A program made the position numbers and the translations under genes. A stretch of DNA of 64,000 nucleotides from Octopus vulgaris. Taxonomy: Eukaryota. The notes under the pieces are model-generated. The model was not told the DNA's origin. It made no database searches and saw only the letters and a program-made list of their open reading frames with translations. This document shows positions 53,281-64,000 of the stretch, one piece after another. The DNA lies in contig OX597815.1 in NCBI GenBank assembly GCA_951406725.2, positions 188,914,001 to 188,978,000 on the forward strand, in the 5' to 3' direction. Within the stretch, counting starts at the first letter, position 1; each line of letters starts with the position of its first letter.

Positions 53281-53724
53281 AGATACTGACTGTAAAAAAA
53301 TAACTTCTTAGTAATTAAGATGCTATCAATTATATGGACAATTGACATATATTTCCAAAAACAGACATTATAATTATGATATAACGAAATAATTTTTAAA
53401 TGATTGATGCGTCGCTCATACTCATACTGAAATTGTATTTCCAGAAATTAGATATTCATAGCTATTGTTTAAGTAACATATTTATTCTTATGAAAGCTTT
53501 AGAAACGGAATTAACATTTTCTTGAAGCAAAATGAAATTAAGGTTTCAACATTCTCTTGTTCTTGTTTCTTGGACACCTTGTTATTTATTGAATGTCTTA
53601 TTGATTCCCTTTAAGTTTGTATTATTTAAAACACTTGTATAGAGTAAATGATGGAGGGAAGCATCAGATAAAATACTTGACAGTCAGCAGCATTTAATTT
53701 TCTCAATCTATATCTTGATTCTAA

Positions 53725-53956
53725 AGGTGGTTAGCTGGCAGAAACGTTAGCACACCGGGCGAAATGCGAAGCCGTATTTCGTCTGTTGTTACGTTCTGAG
53801 TTCAAATTCCGCCGAGGTTGACTTTGCCTTTCATCCTTTCAGGATCGATAAATAAAGTACCAGTTTGGCACTGGGGTCGATGTAATCGACTTAATCCGTT
53901 TGTCTGTCCTTGTTTGTCCCTTCTGTGTTTAGCCCCTTGTGGGTAGTTAAGAAATA
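53725..53956 (+). mobile_element. SINE A with ~17-bp TSD
   Basis: TATATCTTGATTCTAAA before and TATATTTTGATTCTAAA after. Confidence 0.88.
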
Positions 53957-54557
53957 TATATTTTGATTCTAAATCCTATCATTGACAATTCTACTCTTCA
54001 TTGCTTCAGGATTGATATAAAATAACTAGCATATATGTGGAGTCCCCTAGCAGAGATTTAGTGTAAGGGATACAATCTTTCTCTCATAATATTTGGTAGG
54101 ATAAGAAGCTGGAATTTGACATTAAGGAATAAGGAAAAACACGCATGGAATAACCTTTTTTGTTTTTGCTCACTTATTATGAAGTCCTTAAAATTTCTAC
54201 TCAGTGGTAATCACGCATGGTAGTATTTCATTCTTTTCAGAAATCATCAGCATGATATAACCTGAGATATGTTCATTAAACATTCTATGAGACAAGACAT
54301 TTCTTATAGAGGAAAATAATTACTCTGGAAGAAATCCTGGAATGTATATTTGAGGTGGATTCAATAGAATATATCATTATACTGACTTTGTTTGTCTTTG
54401 TTTCACTGTTTCAAACCCAAAGTGTTGAACTGGTACAATCTTTAGAGCATCAGACAAATGATTTCTTGTGTATGTTCTTGTTTATTATGTTCTAATTTCA
54501 AATACTGCCTAGGTCACCTTTCATCCTTTCAAGGCTAATAAAGGAATTGTGAAATTG

Positions 54558-55087
54558 GCCGGTGGCACGTAAAAAGCACCCAGTACACTCACGGAGTGGT
54601 TGGTGTTAGGAAGGGCATCCAGCTGTAGAAACACTGCCAGATCAGACTGGAACCTGGTGCAGCTTTCTGGCTTCCCAGATCCTAGCATGGAGAAAGGGCA
54701 TTAAACGATGATGATGATGATATAATTAAGTTCCACCTCCAAGATCTCTAACTTTGTACCTATGTCAGAAAAATTATTAATTATTATAATAATTGTTAAT
54801 AATAATGTAATAATAATAATGAGTGATGAAGTGGTAAAATCATCATCATCATCGTTTAATGTCCGTTTTCCATGCTAGCATGGGTTGGACGGTTTGACTG
54901 AGGTCTGTGCAAGCCAGAAGTCTTCATCGAGGCCCAATCTGATCTAGCAATGTTTCTACAGCTGGATGCCCTTCCTAACGCCAACCACTCCGAGAGTGTA
55001 GTGGGTGCTTTTTACGTGCCACCCGCACATTTACGTGCCACCCACACATTTACGTGCCACCCGCACATTTACGTGCCACCCGCACAA
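54558..55087. mobile_element. Tail-to-tail inverted family D pair; 19-bp TTTACGTGCCACCCGCACA x4 at about 55010-55087
   Basis: + copy 54558-54720, - copy 54852-55087. Confidence 0.8.
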
Positions 55088-55090
55088 GAT

Positions 55091-55139
<49 letters not shown>

Positions 55140-55157
55140 TAATAATGATAATGATAG

Positions 55158-55256
<99 letters not shown>

Positions 55257-55281
55257 TTTGTGACGATGCTTGCAATCATGA

Positions 55282-55313
<32 letters not shown>

Positions 55314-57734
55314 AGGGAAAAAAGCAGATGAACATATACATTATTAGTAGAAATCAACTTTATCAATGTAAGGAGCCATGAATAATTAGAACAATCATTT
55401 TGTTACATTAAAATAACGATGAACAATTAAAATTATAATTTGTTTTTAATGTAAGTAGAAGGCAGTAGATCTGTTGAATATGAGAAATAAAATATTGGGA
55501 TGTCTGTGAATTGCCCCCAAGAGAATTAGTGACATTATTGAAGAGAAATGGTGTCAGACAGAATTCAAAGTGAGGGGACGGGGTCAGTTTTCCAGACAGT
55601 TAGCTACAGGGAATTCACCATCGCAATGTAGATTATTATAATAATTAAAACTAGCTTCTCTGGTTTATTTATTCTTTACATGGCATGCAATCATTAATGG
55701 CTTATTGGCTAATTTAGGTGAAAGACTTGTGAGTAAAATTATCCAAATAAAATAAGCAAACCATTGATCTCAATAATGGACAGTGGCACAAAATGATTTT
55801 TGTCATGTGTGTATGTGTTCCTTTGGTGCTTTTGTGAACATCTTTCTTGGGAAATACACAGCCTATGTGTTTCAATTAATTTTGGAAAATATCAAAAATT
55901 TGGAAGGAATTTGGTAAAATAATAAGCTTTTTCTATTATAAAATTTTTTATCTGGATTATAACTTGAGAAAATTTACTTATTTAAAAAGCATGATGGAAT
56001 ATTTCAAATACTTAAAATTGAATGTTTTGTAACAGAACAAGAACAACTCTTAGACAGGTTGATGTCAAAAAGGTTAACTTCTATTTGATTGATACAATCA
56101 TTACAAAATAGTTATTTCGGAAGAAAACGTTATCTAATTCTAAAGCCATATTAAATGATCTTTGTAATCCACAGGAAAACACTTAATCCCAGAACTATTA
56201 TGAAAAAGGTCATAAGTAATCAGTTTGAGTATATTGTGTTTAAATAAATCTAACAGATTCAAATTTTGCAGTTGACCTAAAATTATTGGCAACATTTATT
56301 GAGCTGATACATTCTATGATGTAATATATGCATATGTTAGTTCAAACTACTAAAAGTTCCCATCTCATGAGTATATTTACCGCCAGAAAATGCATATATG
56401 AAAATAGAAGAATTAGAAGATCATCTTATTTCTTGCCTTCACTTTTCTTTCAAATCAAAGATGTTAGCATTAAAATGGAATCTATTTATCTATGAAGTTT
56501 TTCTCTTTTTGTTTTGTATCTTACTTTTTTAAGTGGGAGAAGAAATAGATTTTTCACATGTTAGATTTTAAATAGTCTTTGTTTGATTTTCGTTCTTAAA
56601 ACATATCAAATAGCTTCAATCTATTTTGTTGACTGCAACCAAGGAAAAGAAGTTTAAAAATCAATGAGAATAGCAGTAAGGAATGAAGACTAAAAGAAAC
56701 AGCAAAAATTAAAATAAGGCAAAGAGAGAAAAACAGTGCAGAAGAGTAAGCAACCAAAGCCCTGTAGTTTTATTTCATACATTCTCTCTATTGTCATAAG
56801 CCAATTGCTTAGTCATGCAGGAATAGATTAGTGTTGTTTACAGTTTTTCTATTCAATGCAATATTTATTTCAAAGAGCTTACCAAGAATAAACAAATGAC
56901 TAGAAGAAAAAAAAATAAACAATTGTAGAAATAAGATAAACAGAAATAATAAGACACATACGTGTCTTATTATATATGTGTGTGTGTGTGTGTGCGTGTG
57001 TGAATGGTGCATGCAGGGAAAGAATGAGAGAGGGTGGAAGGAGGGAGATTCAAATTTGAAGAAATTAGTAGTTGAGAAGTAAATTTTAAAATATCATAAA
57101 TGTAAATTATTAATGATTATGAAACAAAAAAAAAATAAAAGGCAAAGACAAAACAAAAAGAAAAATTATTCGAATTCATTTTATACTTTCACTTTTTCTT
57201 TCTCTTTTAAACTAAACTAATCCTTAAAAATATTCATAAACTGAATTTCCATCTCAGCTCATTTTCCAATTTTTCTTTCTTTTTTTTGTTTCTTTTATTT
57301 GTTTGTTCATTGTCGTTTCATTTACCTTTTCTTTTCCTGCAAAGTCGTGATGTAGTTCTGTTAAGCTGCTTTCTAAACAATCAATTGGATGTTATTTTTC
57401 CTGAAAAAAAACAAAAACAAAAGTCCATGCCTCTACTACTTATTAAACTAAGACAAAGCATGCATAGTGATCATTTTATCATATTGCTTAAGGAAAAGGT
57501 TAAACTATACTGTAAAATAATTACAAACTTCCAGTAATGTTTAATTTTGCCTTGTCTCTTAGTGTTCTAATTTATATGCAGCAAAGTTTCCATAATTAGA
57601 GGTATTTTAAAATTATCAATTTTGTCAGTGGATGTTTATAATTATTCCTTATTGTTTCTCACAGAATACGTTTCCATTGGTAAATTCTTTGGAGAAAAAA
57701 AAAAACTATAAAATTTTCAATAATCATAAGCAAA

Positions 57735-58700
57735 AGTATGGCTGTGTGGTAAGAAGTTGCTTCTCAGCCACATGATTGATTCCAGGTTCAGTCCCATTGT
57801 GGAACTTTGAGCAAGTGTCTTCTACTAGAGACCCCTGTTGTCTTGTGAGCAGATTTGGTAGATGGAAACTGAACTAAGTCTACTGTATATATACATGTGT
57901 GTATTCTTTTCTTCTTTTCTTCTTTTACTTGTTTCAGTCATTTGACTGCAGCCATGCTGGAGCACCGCCTTTAGTCGAGCAAATCAACCCCAGGACTTAT
58001 TCTTTGTAAGCCTAGTACTTATTCTATTGGTCTCTTTTGCTGAACTGCTAAGTTACAAAGGACATAAACACACCAGCATTGGATGTCAAGTAATGATGGG
58101 GGACAGACACAGACACACAAACATATACACACACATACATTTATATATATATACATATATACGACGGGCTTCTTTCAGTTTCCATCTACCAAATCCACTC
58201 ACAAGGCTTTGGTCAACCCGAGGCTATAGCAGAAGACACTTGCCCAAGGTGCCATGCAGTGGGACTGAACCCGGAACCATGTGGTTGGTAAGCAAGCTAC
58301 TTACCACACAGCCACTCCTGCACATATATACATAGCACACACAGAAATAGACGTATGTTTATGCATATATATATATATATCTTTATTTGTATACACATAT
58401 ATGTATATATATATATATATATATATCATCATCATCATCATCATCGTTTAACGTCCGCTTTCCATGCTAGCATGGGTTGGACGGTTCAACTGGGGTCTGG
58501 CAAGCCCGAAGGCTGCACCAGGCCAGTCAGATCTGGCAGTGTTTCTACAGCTGGATGCCCTTCCTAACGCCAACCACTCCGAGAGTGTAGTGGGTGATTT
58601 TATGTGCCACCGACACAGGTGCCAGACGAGGCTGGCAGACGGCCACGCTCGGATGGTGATTTCTTATGTGCCACCGACACAGGTGCCAGACGAGGCTGGC
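57735..58700. mobile_element. Inverted SINE B pair (57735-57900 +, 57905-58325 -) and family D (-, 58440-58700)
   Basis: Family motifs. Confidence 0.8.
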
Positions 58701-59754
58701 GATGTATATGCATATATATATATATATACACACACATACATATATATATGTATGTGTGTGTATGTGTTTGTGTGTGTGTGTGTGTGTGTGTGCATACATA
58801 CTTATATTACTAGATTGTGAGATAGATTGATATATATATATATGAAATTAAAGTTTTAATATAGAATGTCATACAGGCATATTTATGTTTTTAATAGAAA
58901 TTTATTAATGAAAATAAAGCAAAATTGTTATAATAAAATTATATAAATAATCTTTGATTAAAATTGGTTATAATTTTACATTGTGTTTCTTTCTATTGCC
59001 TTTTTAAAGTTTGTTGCTGATGAAGATATGGAAAATGACATCTACTAATTAATTCATTAGATTTACTCTGTACAGGTATCTTAGTAGGGAACTAGCTGAA
59101 CCACAGAGCTCATATATTTTAAATTAACAATTTTAATGTGTTAAAAAAAAACTACATTATTTAATAGTTGCATATCACTGCTAATGGCAATTACTAATCT
59201 ATGAAGTAAGAGCCTTATATATATGGGACTTTGGTTATATATTTCACAATATGAATAATATCATGTACTTATATTAATTAATTAATTCTGTTAGTGCAAC
59301 CAGATTTTCAAAACCACTGTCAAATAAAATAAAATATATCTTTGAAATTTCAGTTTGATTTATTTGTAAATGTTCTTATTGTTTCAAAGCAGTGAAATGG
59401 TAGTTGTTGTTGTTGTTGTTGTTGCAACAGGTAGAACGACTTATCGTATTAGTTGCAGCTCTAAGGCAATGAGCTGGCAGAAACATAAGCACACCAGACA
59501 AAATTCTTACTCTTTTACTTGTTTCACTCATTTGACTGTGGCCAGGTTGGAGCACCGCTTTTTGTCAAGCACATCGACCCCAGGACTTATTCTTTGATAT
59601 CCTAGTACTTATTCTATTGGTTTCTTTTGCTGAACTGCAAAGTTACAAGGATGTAAACACACCAGCATCGGTCGTCAAGCGATGTCGGGAGGATGAACAC
59701 AGACACACAAACATATATACACACATATACATACATACATACATATATATATAT

Positions 59755-60145
59755 AGTTAATCCAAACATGAAAACTCAGAGAAAATACATCAATGCGAGG
59801 ACGTGGAACAAGTATAGTGTTATTGGATGCTCAGAAAAGGAAAGATCCAAGGAAGGGAAGATGGAGGAAAAAAATCGCAAACGGTACACATGCGGTCACA
59901 TTTTGAATATATATATATATATATACTTTATATAAAGTTAATCCAAACATGAAAGCACAAAAAAACACAACAACGTGAGGACGTGGAACAAATATAGTAT
60001 TATTGGACGCGCAGAAAAGAAGGAAAGAAGGAGGGTTTAATGTTTCAAGCGGAGCTCTTTGTTGGAAACATAGGAGAAGGAAAGATCCAGAGAAGGGAAG
60101 ACAGAGGAAAAAAATCGCCAACAGTACACACGCGGTCACATACTT
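59755..60145 (-). mobile_element. Partial-tandem PLE-LTR-like units inserted at the microsatellite of a SINE B
   Basis: AGTTAATCCAAACATGAAA...GCGGTCACAT twice (59755 and 59935); first copy lacks the hammerhead-like segment. Confidence 0.75.
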
Positions 60146-60440
60146 TATATATATACTTTATTCAAAAGCAGCAGAAATATAACAAAAGCTGTTACTCAGA
60201 GTTTCATGTTCCCGTTCGTTGGACAGGAACAGGAAAATCTGAGTAACAGCTTGATTTATTTCATTCATGTCCTTTGTATTTTTTAGGTGTGGATCTTTTG
60301 TTATGTTTACCTCTATTGCTACCAGTATAAGGAGAATCCTTCACCCAGCAGAGGTGCAGTCAAACATAGCATTTTGAGGTCTTAACCCTTTAACCTTGAT
60401 TTTTATGCTTTGAAATATTTTGAGTAAGACCTTTCCTTAA

Positions 60441-60662
60441 CCCTTTCGTTACCAGCCCTGCTGAAACCGTCTCTGGCTCTGTAGTACAAATGTCTTGTTT
60501 TCATAAGTTCTGAATTAAAATCTTTCACCAAACCTTAGTCACAATTTATGTTCCTAACACTAGCTTAATGATAACTAAGTTATTTTACTAAATTCATTGT
60601 TATATTTAAAATTAATTGAAAGAAACACAGAGCATCTCAAAATAAATATAGTAACGAAAGGG
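60441..60662. mobile_element. piggyBac-type MITE
   Basis: TTAA-CCCTTTCGTTAC ... GTAACGAAAGGG-TTAA; perfect 12-bp TIR and TTAA TSD. Confidence 0.92.
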
Positions 60663-60974
60663 TTAACTGTAATAGACTTGAAGTTTCTAGTTTTCTTTCA
60701 GATCCCTGTATGCTTTCATCATAAGCAATATCCAGCTCATTTTTTTACCATTATTGGTGTAATATCAGTTTCTGACAAAGTGTTACAAGTCTGTTCAATC
60801 ATAATTGTTTTTGAGTTTAACTTAGTAGAAAGAAATAACTCATCCACTGTTGATTTCCCTAATCACTCATTCTATGGTGTCAGATGTGTACTTTTGCATT
60901 GCCCTGTATGCAAGGATTAATTCTTCTAGCAGCATTATTTTGTAATCTGGGAATGAGGTGAGATGCTCACTGAC

Positions 60975-61280
60975 ATGTCCCATGCTGGTTCTATATAAAA
61001 GTACCCATACTGGTGCCATCTAAAAAAACACCCATACTGGTTCCACATGAAAATACCCCATGCTGGTTCCATGTTTAAAGCACCTATGTTGGTTCCACTT
61101 AAAAAAGCACACATTACACTCTCTACTGTGGTTGGCATGAGGAAGGGCATCTAACCAGAAATCTTGCCAAAACAGACAACTGGAACCTGGTACAGCTCTC
61201 TGGCAGGCCAGTTCCCATCAAACCATTCAATTTGTGGCGGCATGTAAAACAAACAGTCAATGGTGATGATGACGATGACA
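60975..61280 (+). mobile_element. Degenerate family D repeat with ~29-bp tandem units
   Basis: CCCATGCTGGTTCCA repeats; GGAAGGGCATC; GAT tail. Confidence 0.65.
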
Positions 61281-62141
61281 ACATGGTTTTTAATATTTTC
61301 AAACAATAAATGCTAAATAGTTTAATTATTCTAAAAAAAAAAAAAAATGAAAATGAGTGTGCCTAAGTTTCTGGTAGAATTATTGCATTCCATTATCGAT
61401 ATTTAAAGTAGCAATATCCATTTTAATTATAGTTTCCATGGATTTTCCTTCCAGCATTAACAACACTGTTGGAGCTAAACTTTTGAGTACTAAGCTAGTC
61501 GCTAATTACCAAATTTGCATTCGTGTCCTCCAGGGTACATAATTTTCCATTTTCAGTTTAGGTACAGCAAGTAATTTCAAAGTGATCTTGTATTTACTAA
61601 TTGACGTTATGTTACTAATGTTAAGCAAAAGCATGACAATGCCTTGAAATGTAGGGAACATGACATTTTTCACCTTTTTTTACTTCATCCTCTCCGCCAG
61701 GGTGGTCATTACGGATGGTCTCTTTTCTTCAGTTATTAATAAGCTTTACCCACGAAGTGATCATACACAATATGGAACCATCCAAAGTCAAATACTTGAT
61801 GCTTCTTGGATAAATCATTTGCAGCTACCATATTTATATATTTGTAATATCTAATTTTTACAAGGCTCAGAATGCTGAATGGACTTTCCTTTAGAGGGAG
61901 TAAATTTTGGGTGGTAATTAAGGTAAGCAAAAGAAGAAGGTTAGTTAATATTTATCAGCACTTGAATGCCCACCTATAAGATATAGAGATATACAATCCT
62001 GCTGTGAGGAAAGTTCTTGTGAATAATGTCCCCAGCATCAAAGATGCAACACATACACTCATTTATAGGTACATACATACATACATACACACATACATAC
62101 ATACATACATACATACATACATACATACATACATACATACA

Positions 62142-62209
<68 letters not shown>

Positions 62210-62515
62210 TATATATATGTATGTATGTATAGTTCTATTATAAGGATAACATTTTCTCAAAAAACATCTTATCAGTGGCCAGCATATTAAAATGCCTTTT
62301 AAGATGAATATATATATATATATAGTTAATCCAAACATGAACAAGCAAGAAAGAACAAAAACGTGAGGCTGTTGAGCTTTAGATGTTTTCACTCAATAAA
62401 CACTCACAACGCCCAGTCTGGGAATCGAAACTGTGATCCTACGACCACGAGTCCGCTGTCCTAACCACTGGGCCATTGCGCCTCCACACACATATATATA
62501 TATATATATATACAT

Positions 62516-62563
<48 letters not shown>

Positions 62564-62585
62564 CATACATACATACATACATACA

Positions 62586-63104
62586 TAAAACTGAGAATGA
62601 GTGTCTGTCTGTCTGCCTGTATGTGTGACTCCCTCAAACTCTAGAAGTACCCAACCAATTTCATTCAAATTTTACACATGCATTTCTTAGGGTCCATGGA
62701 GTGTCATGGGCCAAAAACATTTTCTACTTCTTGCCTAATGCGAGCCCGGAACAATCTTTTAGACAGGTTTGGTATTACATGTCAAAAATGAAAAAATAAG
62801 ATCTATATTGTAATGTGATACAATATTGTTTCACTTTTATTCTTTCGCTTTTAATTCTAATGTGATACCATTAAGATCATCTTGTTTCTATTATTTTTAA
62901 AATAAATGAATAATTCATATCCTAATATGAACAACATTACGAACTGGAAATTTTCTGTCTTTATGGCCATGACAGCAGCATGGTGTGTCACTGTATGTGT
63001 GTTGAGTGGCGTAACGAACAGCTGGAGGTGAAACTCTTGACAAAAAATAATGAGATCACAGGTCCAAGGTATATAAAAATGCACATTTACTATTTAATTA
63101 CTAG
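62586..63104 (+). mobile_element. Probable non-autonomous Helitron-like element
   Basis: TAAAACTGAGAATG(TGTC)n...CCAACCAATTTCATTCAAATTTTACAC opening typical of Helitron-N families; ends CTAG|T; terminal hairpin not clear. Confidence 0.45.
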
Positions 63105-63496
63105 TTAATTACTATCATAGTTAATTACTATCATAGCAGTTTCAAGGTGGCAAGGTTACATATTAACCTTTAAATTAGCATTTAATACATATTCTTAATA
63201 TATATGTATATCAAGAAATTTATCTATAATAATTATTGTGGCATTTACCGTTGAATTTGTAGTTCGTACATGTGCTTCTGTTTGGTTAATTTGCTTATAT
63301 TTGATTCATTTACACTACATACAAAAATAAAGACATACAACTGTTTACAAAAACAGAGATTAATGTATAATTTTTTAAAAACTCACTTTTATTTATGATT
63401 ATCATGTTCGATATGTTAAAAGTGTATAAAGTTTGAATTTTGTTTATGATTTTCTAATTTTTCTAATTTTTTTCATAATTTTATTTTCATCTCTGT

Positions 63497-63705
63497 TGGT
63501 CCCCTCTTATTTGTCCATGACAGCTTTTGTTTTTTTAATTTGGCAGCAATAATTTTCTTTACCTCCATCCCCAAGCTGGAGCAATTGTTTAGCTGAGCTT
63601 AAAGAAGACTTTCAGTTAACAATGCAGAAGCTAACTCCTGAAATGCTTCAAAATGTGTTTCACAATGCTAAGGAGAGATTTTGAAGTATGCAGGGATACA
63701 GACAT
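63497..63705 (+). pseudogene. Tc1/mariner-type transposase C-terminal remnant
   Basis: LAELKEDFQLTMQKLTPEMLQNVFHNAKERF, preceded by a decayed WxP...FF.W segment. Confidence 0.45.
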
Positions 63706-63931
63706 TCTTTTACTCTTTTACTCTTTTACTTGTTTCAGTCATTTGACTGCGGCCATGCTGGAGCACCGCTTTTAATCGAGCAACTCGACCCCGGGACTTA
63801 TTCTTTTGTAAGCCCAGTACTTATTCTATCGGTCACTTTTGCCGAACCGCTAAGTAATGGGGACATAAACACACCAGCATCGGTTGTCAAGCAATACTAG
63901 GGGGACAAACACACTCACACAAACACACACA

Positions 63932-63963
<32 letters not shown>

Positions 63964-64000
63964 CGACGGGCTTCTTTCAGTTTCCGTCTACCAAATCCAC
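63705..64000 (-). mobile_element. SINE B running off the window end
   Basis: Near-consensus tail and internal repeat. Confidence 0.85.

Overview
AT-rich, repeat-saturated eukaryotic DNA that looks intronic or intergenic. The SINE repertoire and the density of (TA)n, (CA)n, (TAA)n and (GAT)n repeats strongly resemble Octopus (coleoid cephalopod) DNA; that assignment is from recognition, not a search. No intact protein-coding gene is supported, and almost all listed ORFs are microsatellite or SINE translations. The window holds four recurrent SINE-like families (called A-D here), remnants of Tx1/L1, R4/Dong and Penelope-like (PLE) retroelements, non-autonomous mariner, piggyBac, hAT and Helitron elements, a 5S rRNA pseudogene and several long foldbacks. 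Three signals stand out. (1) Type I hammerhead-ribozyme motifs occur in PLE-LTR-like repeats, including a near-canonical pair on the arms of a near-perfect ~330 bp palindrome. (2) SINE A shares its 3' tail (37/42 nt) with a Tx1/L1-type LINE in the same window and appears to insert into its own head at GGTATTTC, building head+(184 bp body)n arrays. (3) A PLE-like relic shows strand-asymmetric G depletion suggestive of deaminase hypermutation. Coordinates were read by eye; ends of degenerate repeats are approximate.
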